Part shown: positions 20,960 through 32,400 of the stretch, one piece after another | Layout of the letters: each line of letters starts with the position of its first letter | How positions within the stretch are numbered: position 1 is the stretch's first letter | Source of the DNA: Andalucia godoyi And28 | Taxonomy: Eukaryota; Protista; Jakobida | Assembly: GCA_009859145.1 (NCBI GenBank) | Contig: VRVR01000018.1 | Coordinates: 303,923 to 367,922, forward strand | Reading direction: 5' to 3' | Length of the DNA: 64,000 nt | Made by a program: the position numbers and the translations under genes | The notes under the pieces: generated by a model | Database searches by the model: none | What the model saw: only the letters and a program-made list of their open reading frames with translations | What the model was told of the DNA's origin: nothing

Positions 20960-23900
20960 ATGACTGGCAGACGGACCCGAGTCCTTCTGGAAATCTTGAC
21001 GGTGGCTTTGCTGGTTCCACTCCTGGTTGCTGCAGATCCTACAGTTGATTTTGTAAGCTGTTCCAGCAGTGCAACTGTGCAGGACACGTCGATGTGCTCC
21101 ACGGACGGGTCTTCGTCCATGTACATATTTGGATCGAACTTTGGCAATGATTCGACGGTTGTGGAGATTACAGTGGACGGGACAGTTTTGGTCGACCCTG
21201 ACATTGCATCGGTTTCAGACACTCTGCTGGAAATACAGCTTCCTGCAGGCCCCACTAATGCAGCGCCAACTGTGGAAGTCAGCGTGGGAGGAGTGCTAAG
21301 CACAGCGGTATCCTTTACGTATGCAGTTCCGGTAATATCTTCAGCTGTGTGTTCTTCTGGAGGATCGACTTGTCCTACGTCAGAGTCTGGGCTGACGATT
21401 CACGGTGTGAATTTTGGAAATACTGCGTCTGGGTCTTTGATTGTGCTCTCATCTGCATCAGGAACAATATCGGCAGTTTCTTGTCAGACGGATTCGCACA
21501 CGCTAATCACATGCGGGGCGTTTGAGGGTGCCGGGACGGCCGTGGCGGTGAGCCTTACAAGGGCAGTCGATTCTGCCCAGGCGACGAAGAATGCAGCGTT
21601 TTCGTTTAAACTACCAGTTGTTAGTTCTTACTCCTGCGATCCAAAGTGCAGTACAGACGGCTCTGCCGCGATAACAATCTCCGGATCCGACTTTTCGCAG
21701 ACTCTCGACAATGTCGACTACGTGAAGGTGTCCGGGGTGGATTGCAAGACCTCTGGGATCACGGCAGTCTCGGGGCACAATCGACTGGTATGCCAGCTGC
21801 CAGCCGGACCTGGGGCGGTGAACGACATTGTCGTCAGAATTGGGGGCCAGACATCTGCTTCTGTTGACTTTACATACGCTGCAGTGCAGATTTCAGATGC
21901 ATTCTGCACTGCGGTTGGAGGTCGCTGTCATACATCCGGCGACACCCTCACGATCCGCGGAAGCGATTTAGGAAAAGGGACACCCGCTGGAACAATTACT
22001 CTTCCTGGAGCGCTTGTTGGAGGACACCCGACCGCCTGCACCGTCACCGACTCGACTCACACGGAAATCCACTGCTCGGGGTTTGTCGGTGCAGGATCAG
22101 GCGTCGACGTCTCGATCACAAGGTCCTACGAAGACGACAGTGCAGCGACCAGTGCATCAAAGCTTGCAGCGTTTTCTTTCTTCTCGCCCGTTCTGCTCTC
22201 GTACGAATGCAAAACGGCTGGCGGATCGTCGACGGATCCCACGGCGGCCAATCCGCACTGCACCACTGATGGAGCAGCCACGATCACTCTGAAAGGAACA
22301 GATTTTGGCCCGGCAGTCGCAAACTTGGAGCACGTCTTCATTGACGGCGAGGAGTGCTTGGGCCTGACAGCAAACGGCTTGCCGACGGTTTCTGCTGGAC
22401 ATGATAAGATTGTGTGCAACCTGCCTGCGGGGACAGCAGCCTCTGCACCGCAGCTGATTGACGTTCAGATTGGCGGTCAGGCACTGGGCTCATCCGTTGT
22501 CTTTTCATATTCTGCCCCTACAATAACAGCAGCCACGTGCGGCGCAGGTGCTGGCCTGTGCGACACTTCTGGAGACACGATCACCATCTTGGGCACCAAT
22601 TTTGGAAGGCGAGCGCCTCGCATTACTCTTTCTGACACATCCAGTGGAAACAACTATGTTCAACTGGATCCCAGTTTTCCAGGCACGGCGGCGATATCTT
22701 CCAGTGCCCATGACTGCCACGTAGATGGTACACACACGCAGATAACGTGCAAAAACTTCAAAGGTGCCGGAGCTTCCGTGACCGTAGTGCTGAATCGGGC
22801 TGATGGGACAACTGCCTCCGGAACGATGGGATTCCGAGCGCCTGCCATTTCCTCCTATTCCTGCTCGACGGATCCCACCAAGATGGGAGACAACAACTGC
22901 GGAACGGATGGCACGGCTACCGTGACGCTGGTCGGTACTGGATTCCCGCACACTGTTCAAAATCTGGATGAAGTCACATTCGGAAATGTCGGAACGCAGC
23001 ACAGCTGTCGCTCAACGGCAGTGATCCTGTCAGACACCAGTCTGGAGTGCGTTCTTCCGGAGGGACCCGAGATCGGACCCAATACAGCATCCGTGGAAGT
23101 TGGATTGCAGACCACTGCTTCCCCCGCACCCTTTTCGTATGCGAGGCCCTCTATCTCCGCTGCGAACTGCAATGGCGGCGTCTGCAAGACCGTGTCGGAC
23201 ACCATCACGCTGACTGGCAGAAACTTCGGCAAACATATCCCAGCTACCGGGAGTGGTGCAAGCATTCAGTTGTCTTCCGGCACCTACGCATTTATCGATC
23301 CATCATCATGCCAGAGCACTGCTCTCGGAAAGCACTTCGGCCTCACATGCTCCGGGTTTGAAGGAGCCGGAGTGGACATCAATGTGCTGTTGTCCCGAGC
23401 TGACGCAGCTTCCGTTCAGCGAAACAGATCCTTTTCATTCATTCCTCCAGTGGTTACCGCTTACTGGTGCTCCACCGGCTCGAACGGACCTGTTATCTTA
23501 CAGGGCTCTGGTGCAATCACCGATCCGCAGCGATTTTCGTTCTGTAGAACCGACGGGACTGCAGTCATCACGTTCTACGGTCAAAACTTTGGATTCCACG
23601 CGGGGCATGTCGACACGATTTCCGTCGGAGGGCAGAGCTGCTCGGGGTCTGTGTCTCGGGTTGTGGACGCAGCCGACCCCGAGTACACCCACAAACATGT
23701 GACGTGCACACTGCCGGAGCAAGCAGTGTCTCAGGGCACTGCAACGCTGAACCAGGATCTCGTGATGACAGTTGGGAGCCAGCTGACCACACTTGCAGGC
23801 GCATTCCAGTACAGACCTCCCACAATTCTCGGGACGTTTTGCGGGGGGTCTTCAGCATTCGGCCACTTTGCCGCGAATGCGTATGATTTGACAGTTGCAC

Positions 23901-25792
23901 CGGGCCAGCGATGCAGGACGATTTCAGATACGCTGACGATCATCGGGGACGATTTCGGACCGTCCAATGCGACTGTATGGCTCTCTCGATCTGGCATTAT
24001 TTATTCGCTGGGGACAAGCAATCTTTCTTGTTCACATGATGCGCATACTTCTACCACGCGCCATCAGATTATGTACTGCACATCATTATGGGGCGTTGGC
24101 ATCAATGTGGACGTCTCCCTGCGCCGTGCCGATACGAAATCATTCAGCTTTCCGAGCGGCTTTTCTTTTGCAGCACCAGTGATACAGTCCTACAACTGTT
24201 CGTCGAGTGGTGTTTCCGGCTCCTTGTCTTCGTGCGACACGCACAACTCTACGATCACTGTGCTCGGCGCAAATTTGCCAGTCGTGATGTCGGATCTTCA
24301 GTCGCTTTCGTTCGGCGGGCTCCGATGCGATAGCCAGCAAGGAAGCATTCCCAACTGGGCATTCATGGACGGAAACCATAATATGAATCAGTCTGCGCGG
24401 ATAATCGCGTCGCATTCTGCAGTCACATGCCGATTGCCCATACAGTCCGGGACCAAGAACATCGAGATTACGGTTGCCGATCAGTCGTCTGCACCGTTTT
24501 CGTTCCAGTACTCGCCTCCCCAAGTTTTCAACTACTCTTGTTCGTATTCGGACGGCTGGGACGAGGGCAGCTGGAAAAAAGGGATCTGCGGGACCCACGA
24601 CACGGTGGTCACATTAAGGGGAGTCAATTTTGGCAGAGGAGACGAGACCCTTGATATCACCATCGGCGGGCTAGTGTGCGCTCTGCATGGAACTCGGCAC
24701 GTCGTTCCGCTGGATTATCCCACGGAGCACTTTATTTCGTATTGTCGGGCCCCCGAGCAGACGGGAGCAAATCTGACCATTTTAGTGGCCGCGAGTGGTC
24801 AAACTGGCCCTCCCTTGAACGCATTTACCTATTCACAGCCCGTTCTTCGAGCAGTAAGTTGTTCTGGGAGACCGGAGGCGGGTCTCGCGTCGTGGTGCGG
24901 GTCGGAGGGCACTACTTTAACGGTCCTCGGAGATCACTTCGGGAACGATCCACAGCTGCTGACCATGAACATTTCCAACAAGATTGGCAGTGCCACGGCC
25001 ACGAACTTTTCCGACTGCATTGTTGGGCAATCCGACTGCGGTCCCTACGTTTGTACGTCCCTCCAGCTGGAACGATACCAGCCCTCTCGATCCCCTTATT
25101 CTGCTCTGGGACATTTCGCATTCTCGTGCATCATCGATCATGGCTATGGAGCCAACATGGAAGCCGCAGTGACTCTTCGTGGTCAGACGGTCGTCCTCCC
25201 GTTCCGGTTTGATCAAGAGCCGTACACGACCAACGCTCGGAAAAGCAACGAGGAGGACTTTCTGTTCGTTGACACTCTCGACGGGGGCGATATCGTGGCG
25301 TCGGCCGTCGACATGACGCGGGCCTTGTTGTTTGCAGGCTACAGTCGATCGTCGACCATTCACACCTTTGAGCCGAGTGTTCCGTACACAGCAGCGACCT
25401 TGGAAGCTGCAAAGGACATTGTTGGGTTCCAGATCAACGCGTCGATCGCTCTGTTTCATACTCTGAACAGCCAGAACCCGGCGTTGCCAGTGGACTTGTG
25501 TTTCCTGCAGATCACTGACCGCTCTTCGTGGCCGTCCTCGCGGGAGCTGAACTACCAAACTCTTCTCTATGCAGCCTCTTTGCTGTCCTCCCACTCCACG
25601 GACACGTATCCTCGATGCACCACCGTTGGGCTGCTCATGGACTGGGAAGTTTGGAAGTCTGCATTTGGCGATCCGCGCCACGACGAAATGTACAACGGAA
25701 CCTTTGCTCTCCGTCAGCATCCGGTTTTTGTGCTGTCTCAAGACGAAATACTGCGGAAAGAAGAGCATTTTCCTTTTGAGCTTCTTGATTGA
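20960..25792 (+). CDS. Secreted protein with ~13 Cys-containing IPT/TIG domains and a C-terminal degenerate GH25 lysozyme-like domain (1610 aa)
   Basis: Signal peptide (VLLEILTVALLVPLLVAA). Repeated P-x-I-x-S...C..TxG..ITIxGxNFG...C.LP.G...V.V.G...FxY units. C-terminal LCFLQITDRSSWPSS...N...VGLLMDWEVWKSAFG. No TM or clear GPI signal. Confidence 0.85.
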   Translation: MTGRRTRVLLEILTVALLVPLLVAADPTVDFVSCSSSATVQDTSMCSTDGSSSMYIFGSNFGNDSTVVEITVDGTVLVDPDIASVSDTLLEIQLPAGPTNAAPTVEVSVGGVLSTAVSFTYAVPVISSAVCSSGGSTCPTSESGLTIHGVNFGNTASGSLIVLSSASGTISAVSCQTDSHTLITCGAFEGAGTAVAVSLTRAVDSAQATKNAAFSFKLPVVSSYSCDPKCSTDGSAAITISGSDFSQTLDNVDYVKVSGVDCKTSGITAVSGHNRLVCQLPAGPGAVNDIVVRIGGQTSASVDFTYAAVQISDAFCTAVGGRCHTSGDTLTIRGSDLGKGTPAGTITLPGALVGGHPTACTVTDSTHTEIHCSGFVGAGSGVDVSITRSYEDDSAATSASKLAAFSFFSPVLLSYECKTAGGSSTDPTAANPHCTTDGAATITLKGTDFGPAVANLEHVFIDGEECLGLTANGLPTVSAGHDKIVCNLPAGTAASAPQLIDVQIGGQALGSSVVFSYSAPTITAATCGAGAGLCDTSGDTITILGTNFGRRAPRITLSDTSSGNNYVQLDPSFPGTAAISSSAHDCHVDGTHTQITCKNFKGAGASVTVVLNRADGTTASGTMGFRAPAISSYSCSTDPTKMGDNNCGTDGTATVTLVGTGFPHTVQNLDEVTFGNVGTQHSCRSTAVILSDTSLECVLPEGPEIGPNTASVEVGLQTTASPAPFSYARPSISAANCNGGVCKTVSDTITLTGRNFGKHIPATGSGASIQLSSGTYAFIDPSSCQSTALGKHFGLTCSGFEGAGVDINVLLSRADAASVQRNRSFSFIPPVVTAYWCSTGSNGPVILQGSGAITDPQRFSFCRTDGTAVITFYGQNFGFHAGHVDTISVGGQSCSGSVSRVVDAADPEYTHKHVTCTLPEQAVSQGTATLNQDLVMTVGSQLTTLAGAFQYRPPTILGTFCGGSSAFGHFAANAYDLTVAPGQRCRTISDTLTIIGDDFGPSNATVWLSRSGIIYSLGTSNLSCSHDAHTSTTRHQIMYCTSLWGVGINVDVSLRRADTKSFSFPSGFSFAAPVIQSYNCSSSGVSGSLSSCDTHNSTITVLGANLPVVMSDLQSLSFGGLRCDSQQGSIPNWAFMDGNHNMNQSARIIASHSAVTCRLPIQSGTKNIEITVADQSSAPFSFQYSPPQVFNYSCSYSDGWDEGSWKKGICGTHDTVVTLRGVNFGRGDETLDITIGGLVCALHGTRHVVPLDYPTEHFISYCRAPEQTGANLTILVAASGQTGPPLNAFTYSQPVLRAVSCSGRPEAGLASWCGSEGTTLTVLGDHFGNDPQLLTMNISNKIGSATATNFSDCIVGQSDCGPYVCTSLQLERYQPSRSPYSALGHFAFSCIIDHGYGANMEAAVTLRGQTVVLPFRFDQEPYTTNARKSNEEDFLFVDTLDGGDIVASAVDMTRALLFAGYSRSSTIHTFEPSVPYTAATLEAAKDIVGFQINASIALFHTLNSQNPALPVDLCFLQITDRSSWPSSRELNYQTLLYAASLLSSHSTDTYPRCTTVGLLMDWEVWKSAFGDPRHDEMYNGTFALRQHPVFVLSQDEILRKEEHFPFELLD

Positions 25793-26183
25793 CACACGCA
25801 CACACACCCCCACTCTCTCATACCACTAGTATTACTTTTTTTTCTCCCTTCTCTCTTTTGCCATTATCACGCAATTGAAAGCGGTATCTCTCCCTTCACG
25901 CTTGGTCCGCTGTGTCTGCTGTGTCCACTGTCCGTCGTCCATTGTCCAAACTCCAAGAATTCCGTCTGCTTCTTTGGCTGTCGTAATTCTGAGCTGGGAA
26001 AACCCGAATCGATTGTTCGAGTTTTTTTGTGTTTTGAACTTCAAAAGCTGCTTTGACCAAGTCGAGAAAAGCAATCGAGCCTTCTTTTCTTTTTCCAGTT
26101 GTTTTTCTGCTCGTTGTTTTTTTATATCCTTTCTTTCGTTATTAGAACTTTTTATCAAACAAAAAGTGAGGAATAGGAAGAAA

Positions 26184-27398
26184 ATGTTTGCAAAGTTGGG
26201 AAAGCTCGTTGATAAGGCGTCGGAAGCAGTAAACGAAAAAAAGAATGAGGTTTTGCACAAGGTGAATGCGAAGCGTGACTTTTCTTCGACTCGTGATTTG
26301 CAAACGGAGGTGCAAGAGCTGCGTTCCAATACGCTGAAGTATCACGAGCAGACGCGGGATGCTGTGAGTGCAATTATTGGGTTTGCGATTGTGAACCATG
26401 GGCTTTCTTCGGCCATCCATGCGCAGATTACGAGTCCGTTGCAGTCGTCAATGAGTGCGTTGCAGCCGATCCTTGACCAGCTGTCGCAAGCAGCGTTTGT
26501 TCTGGATGGGTACATCCAGGAGGAAGGTGCAGCGCGGAAAGCAGCACCGAACCAAGGTAAGCCGCTGCAGCCAGTGGAGAATGGTCCCGAAGAAGACATG
26601 CAGTTCACTGCGACGCGGCTCGCGATTCGCCATGCAAAGCTGCGAGATTTCACGACGAAGTTCCTTGCTGCATTGGACTCGTTGCACACGCTGCTGTTCA
26701 ATGCAATGGATGCAACGTACAAGGCTGCAGACGCAGCGCTTCCAAAGACATGCCCGAGGCAAACGGTTCCTTGGGAGCAGTTGTGGGATGAGTTCCGCCC
26801 GGCAACCGGGGCCTCTGCATCGAAGCCCCCTGGCAATGTGGCTGCTTCGGACCCGTCTGTGAACTCGGGGAAGCCAACGCCTGCGGACGAGCTTGCCGCG
26901 TTTGTGAGGCCGACGGACGGCGATGTGCGTGCAAAGTACGCGAAGCAGTGGGATTTGCTGGTTGCCGGGGTCATTGAGACCGCCCGTGAGCAGCAGCAAC
27001 GGACCGACAAGCTTGTCGGACGCGTGAAGAAGGTGCTCGAGTATGCGTCGGTGTGGGTCCAGTCGGATATGTCTGGGCTTCCTGCGATCGAAAAGACAAC
27101 AAAGTTCTTTGGAATCTACGCCACGCAGTTTGACACGAAACATCTTCCCGAGTTCCATGCAAACTATGAAAACTTTGTGAAGAAACTCGAGGGCCACAGT
27201 GCGTATGTGCCGACCCCGAACATCACTCCGCCAACCACCGAGGCGCATCTCGAGATCCCCAGACGCAGAACAGGAGATGTTCGAGAGGCGATTCTGGCTG
27301 CGTTTTCTGCATTGGCAACCTTTTATGGGCGCTCCGTCTCGGAAGTCAAGATGTTTGGACCTGCTCTTCTCAACGCCATTGGAGAACCTGGGCGCTAA
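26184..27398 (+). CDS. Uncharacterised alpha-helical / coiled-coil protein (404 aa), possibly BAR-like
   Basis: Long ORF with coding-like composition between AT-rich flanks. Starts MFAKLGKLVDKASEAVNEKK. Amphipathic helices throughout; family not recognised. Confidence 0.7.
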   Translation: MFAKLGKLVDKASEAVNEKKNEVLHKVNAKRDFSSTRDLQTEVQELRSNTLKYHEQTRDAVSAIIGFAIVNHGLSSAIHAQITSPLQSSMSALQPILDQLSQAAFVLDGYIQEEGAARKAAPNQGKPLQPVENGPEEDMQFTATRLAIRHAKLRDFTTKFLAALDSLHTLLFNAMDATYKAADAALPKTCPRQTVPWEQLWDEFRPATGASASKPPGNVAASDPSVNSGKPTPADELAAFVRPTDGDVRAKYAKQWDLLVAGVIETAREQQQRTDKLVGRVKKVLEYASVWVQSDMSGLPAIEKTTKFFGIYATQFDTKHLPEFHANYENFVKKLEGHSAYVPTPNITPPTTEAHLEIPRRRTGDVREAILAAFSALATFYGRSVSEVKMFGPALLNAIGEPGR

Positions 27399-27571
27399 CA
27401 ACGTAGTGTTCTGTCCCTCTCGCTGCTTCTTGTCTTGTCTAGTCTTGTCTTTCTTTCTTTCTTTTGTTTTTGTTTTTGTTTTTGTTTTTGTTCTTGCTGA
27501 AAGTCCGGTTGTCTTTATTAAACGTGATTCTCTCCTTGCAAACTCGCATCTTCTTTCTGTTTCTTTCCCTC

Positions 27572-27572
<1 letters not shown>

Positions 27573-27636
<64 letters not shown>
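27573..27636. repeat. (CTGT)16 tetranucleotide microsatellite
   Basis: Direct reading of the sequence. Confidence 0.95.
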
Positions 27637-28351
27637 GCATCACCATTGCCTGCCGTAACCTCGAGTGCGGTCTGCAATCTGCATGGACAGAGGAGGAAAA
27701 AGGGGTCCCCCGGCAGGAGGCGGAAGCGAGCTGGTGGCACAGCGGCTTTTGAGAAGCAAGCGTGAAGCCAGACGATAAGGTTCAGTCTGAGCAAAAGGAG
27801 CGATCGCACGAGCGAACCCTACCCAGTCGTCTCGTCTCTGCTACGACGCCTCTTTCGTCCGCTCGATCTCCAGCAAAAAGACAAGAAGACTCTCACCCCC
27901 GTCTCACTGTTCCCCGGAACACTCCTTTTCTGCATGGACAGCATGTCAAATGCACCTTTCAGTCCGCTATACCAACAATGCTCCGTGTCCCGGCACCCCA
28001 GAAATCCAGAATCCTCCCGAATGTGGATAGCGCAGTAAGCTACCAGAGTTCCCAGAAGCCGAGTCCTTCAGGCGCAGAATCCTCCGTCAAAAAAGGCTTC
28101 GTGCAGCCTTCCCCGTGCAGAACAAAAAGAAAAACGGCCTCACTTTCGGTTCGAATCCACCGTTGTTGTCTCTTATTTCCCAACGTCTTTCTCCTTCTTG
28201 CAAATCTCAGTCAGTCCAACAGCTTCTTTTCTCTTTTCTTTTTTCTCTTTTCCTTTTTTTCCCTTTCTCTTTTTTTTTTCTTTCCTTCTTCTCTTTTCTT
28301 TCTCTTGTAACTTTGTATATTTTAAATCATTACTGTTTATTGATATCGACC

Positions 28352-28669
28352 ATGGGATTGTGCTGCTGCTGCTGCAAGAAGCCGGACCGTAAGTGCACGG
28401 ACTACACGAAGGGAGCCTCGGGCTTCTTCTTCTGCCCGAAAGACTGCCCGTACCGCAATTCGGGTTCCGTTTGGGGTTCTGGCCCTTATACTTCGGACTC
28501 GTGCTCGTGCCGTGCCGCACGCCATGCAGGTGTCATTGGAGACAATGGTGGTGTCTACAAGGTCTCCACTGCTCCGGGACAAGCCTCGTACGAATCCACC
28601 ACCGCCAACGGTGTCACGACTTCTTCGTACGGATCCTATGACTCGTCCATCTCCGTCTCGCGATTCTAA
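28352..28669 (+). CDS. Stand-alone LCCL-domain protein with N-terminal MGLCCCCC acylation motif (105 aa)
   Basis: CPKDC...VWGSGPYTSDSCSCRAARHAGVI...GG...V...PGQASYESTTANGVTTSSYG is the LCCL signature. Confidence 0.9.
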   Translation: MGLCCCCCKKPDRKCTDYTKGASGFFFCPKDCPYRNSGSVWGSGPYTSDSCSCRAARHAGVIGDNGGVYKVSTAPGQASYESTTANGVTTSSYGSYDSSISVSRF

Positions 28670-29451
28670 GTTATCAGACCCGCTCCAGCACTGAGAAGGA
28701 AGGAAGAAAGGTAAAGGTAAAAGGAAAAAAATTACGGAGGAAAGTACACACACTCACAACAGAACAAATATACACGCTGTTTTCTTTCATTTGCAAAACA
28801 GACGCTCAGCTCGTTTACGTTGCCGATGAGAACCACTGCCGTTGCGACTTGGGACGATTGGCTGACGGGAGGCGGTGGGCAGGTAGACAAAGAGGACGCG
28901 CGTCCGCCTCCATTGTAGACTGATCCTTCATCGTCGTCGTCGGGCCCTGCATCATTCACCACTGCTCTAATCACCACCATCGATTCCAGCGTTCGATATG
29001 CTCCGTTTAAAAATTCAAAGAAGAACCCATCCGAAACCATCAACTCGCTCCTGTCGTACAAGCAGAATGGGCTGTCCCGTCGACCGTAGTCAACATCTAA
29101 AAAATCCAGTTAAAAAAAATTCCTTTCAATTCTCTTTTTCTCTGCCATTCAAGTCCGTTTTCTCCATACCTTTTCGTTTTACTTTTTCTTATCTCAACTG
29201 TCATTCTGAATCTCGTATTTTATTTATTTATTTACTTATCCGTATTTTTTTCTCTTTCTTTCTTTCTTTCTATTATTATTATTATTATTTAAATTACGGT
29301 TTTCATTGTGATAATAATATTATATATACGTATATATACTTTTTTTTTTTTTTTTTTGGGCGCGGTTCTTCTTTGTACATTTTCTTTTCTTGGGTTGTTT
29401 GTGGTGGGCGTATAGTGCAGCGACAAACAAGAGAGAAGGTGTTGGGGGAGG

Positions 29452-32400
29452 ATGGGTTGTGGAGCTTCGAAGAATGCAAATGACGGAACTGCTCCACAGG
29501 ATCCGCAGCAACAGTCCCAGACCCAGTCACAGTCCCAGTCACAGTCGGCTCCGAGTTCGAACCAAGGGTCCACTGCGAGTCTTACGAAGCCGACGAATGC
29601 TGCTTCGGACTCGTCTGGGAAGCCGCCGGCAGCGGGAGGAGCGGGAGGAGCAGGAGGGGCAGATCCGAATGCGGGTCTTCCGTTTGTGCCGTTTGAAAAG
29701 CTTGTGATTCGGGATTTGGACTTTGCGCTTCTGAAGCGGATCACGAATGTGTTTTCGCACTTTGATCCTGCAAAGGACAGACGGCTTTTTGTGTGTGGAC
29801 GGGCTCGTGGGGGCTTTAATCTGCGGACGCTGCTGATTTCGGACACGGCTTCGGCAACTGTGTGGAAGTGCGATGTGTCAGCGATCGATGAATTCGTCGA
29901 CTCGGTGACGGCGTACACAATTCTCACAGAGTCCTTGGTGAAACGATCGTTCAAGATTGTGGGATCTCGGCGAATTGCAGATGTGATTGCACTTCGAAAG
30001 GAAAAAGAAGCTGCTACTGCTGCTGCTAAGAACGACAACGGCAACGGCAACGGCAACGGCAACAAGAGCAATCCGGAAATTGACCAAAGCTTGGCCGTAG
30101 ATACGACGTCTGCGTCGTCTTCTGCGTCGTCTTCTGGTTCTGCATCTGCATCGCCTGCACCGAGAAAGGCGAGCAATGCATCGGGAATTGTTCTTGTAAA
30201 TCACGAGGCACCGGCGCTTGTGTTGCAGCTTCCGATCGCTCCATACATGCCCGAGGAAGTGCAGCGGACGTCCAGCGGACTGTGGCCCGAAGATGTGCCA
30301 TGCTCGCTGAATGCACGCAATCAGTTGTGCTTTACGTGCGAGCGAATCGAGTCCATTGAAGAGACGCAGAGATTGATTGCAGAGATGGCCATTGCAATGT
30401 ACGAATCCATTCCGACCCGCAAGTCCTCACTCGCGCATCAGCAATATCATTCTCAAAATGAATTTGCAGATGACGAAATGCGGTCACCAGACAAGTTTAG
30501 AATTGTGCCGGGTGTTCAGTACACACCGTCGTCAGCCGCGCCAGAGCACGCAGATCACTTGCCTCCAGTTAGCCCGAATGCAATGGAACTTGTGAATCAG
30601 TCTGCAGAGGTTCGCAAAGTGGACGACAAGAAGACAGACGGTGCTCCTTCTGCTGAAGCCGCTGTCACTGCTGCAGCGCCGGCACCAGCTCCAGCCTCGG
30701 GCGTTTCACCAATGTACCTTCCGATGCCTCTTCCCGTTCCTGCAGCGACAGATTCATCCGCGGCGTCCCCACACTCTGATGCATCTTCGCGATCTGACAA
30801 GGGGCAGCCAGAGGCAATTCGTGAACGAAGGAAACAGCTGGAAACAGACATTTCGAGCACGGAACAGGAAATCAAAAAACAGTGGAAGAAATTGTACGAA
30901 CTGCGTGCGTCCAAATGGGATCTTGGAAGAGCCACTGTTCCGGAGGGTAGCGATGTACATCTCCAGCGCAACCCATGGCGGGATCGTCACGGAACACTAG
31001 AAGTACGCAAGTATGGAGACGACACGTCGCTGCCTATTGTGCGCATTCTTGCACTCATTTCCGATCTTCGCGAGATGTTCCACGAAAGGCCAGATCTTTC
31101 CGAGTATTCAAAGAATGTTCGGGTGCAAGATCTTGACTACGTTGAAGAAGTCCTTGCAAAGAACAAGCAGTACAACCCAGAGTTTATTGCTCGCAACCGC
31201 GACACAACCCCCGACGAAGAAACCGGAGAGTTCCTTATCCAGGAGCTCACCCCGTATCAGAAGTCTGCGGTGGAAACGCTGTCCATCTCTCTCACAACCA
31301 TCAAATCAGTGCTGGCGTTCACGCGTGTCATCCGAAAACATGCCGCGGTGACGTACATGCAAAAGGAAATGAGCTCTGTGTTTCGAGAGAACTTCCCGGA
31401 ATTGAAGGCGTTCCTGGACGACAATGTCCGATGGGACTGGAACGTCTTTGAGTTTTCGCATGTTGCTCGCGGTCGTCCCCTGTACACATTGGCAATGGCC
31501 ATGATGTTCCGTTACGAACTGTTTGAAAAGCTTGGACTCAACTTTGAGAAAGTCAAAAACTTCTTTATGGATGTCGAAAACAACTACCTGAACAATCCGT
31601 ATCACAACCGCATCCATGGAAGTGATGTGTTGCAGACAATGCTGTACTTTATCGAACATGGCGGGTACAAGCAGTTCTTGACGTCGGTTGATATCCTCGG
31701 TGTGATTATTGCTTCTGCAGCCCACGACGTTGGCCATCCAGGCTTAGCAAACCCGTTCCAGATCAAGACGATGAGCAGTCTGGCTCTTCGGTTTAACAAC
31801 CAATCTGTGCTCGAAAACTTCCACTGTGCGTTCACATTTGAGCTGCTGCTGAAGGATAACAACAACTTCCTTGCAGATCTAGAGATGGAGAATCGATTGT
31901 ACCTGCGTGACTTGATCATCAACCTCATTTTGGCTACGGACATGGGTCGCAACTTTGAGTATCTCGGAAAGTTCCAGACGCAATTGATTCGTGCAGACGG
32001 ATCCAAGTTTCGGCCAGCTAACCCAGACGAGCTCAAGCTTATGCTTCAGCTCTTCATCAAGGCGGCAGACGTATCCAATCCTGCAAAGTCGATGCCGCTG
32101 TATGCTGGTTGGGTCAGCCGGGTTATGGAAGAGTTCTTTGAGCAGGGCGACAAGGAGCGCAGTATGGGCATGTCCATTTCACCGTTTATGAACCGGGAAA
32201 CCACTGATATTGGAAAGTGCCAGCTTGGATTCATGGACTATGTCACGCTGCCTTTGTACGAAACACTTGGCAACTTTGACAAGTTGTTCATGCCGTGCCT
32301 TGACCAGTTGCTCAAGAACAAGGCATACTGGAAGGAGAAGGTTTCTATTGGTCAGAATCCCATTACTCCGGAGATGAACCGCGCTTCGTCTACCGCGCAG

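Noticed and set aside
27762-28310. 182 aa GTG-initiated ORF
   Set aside because: Non-ATG start, no homology, and it runs into the poly-pyrimidine leader of the LCCL gene.
28732-29100. Minus-strand open frame (DVDYGRR...GFFFEFLNGAYRTLES) behind a TTTTTTAG acceptor-like site
   Set aside because: No upstream exon or ATG could be identified and no family was recognised. RNA-seq would be needed.
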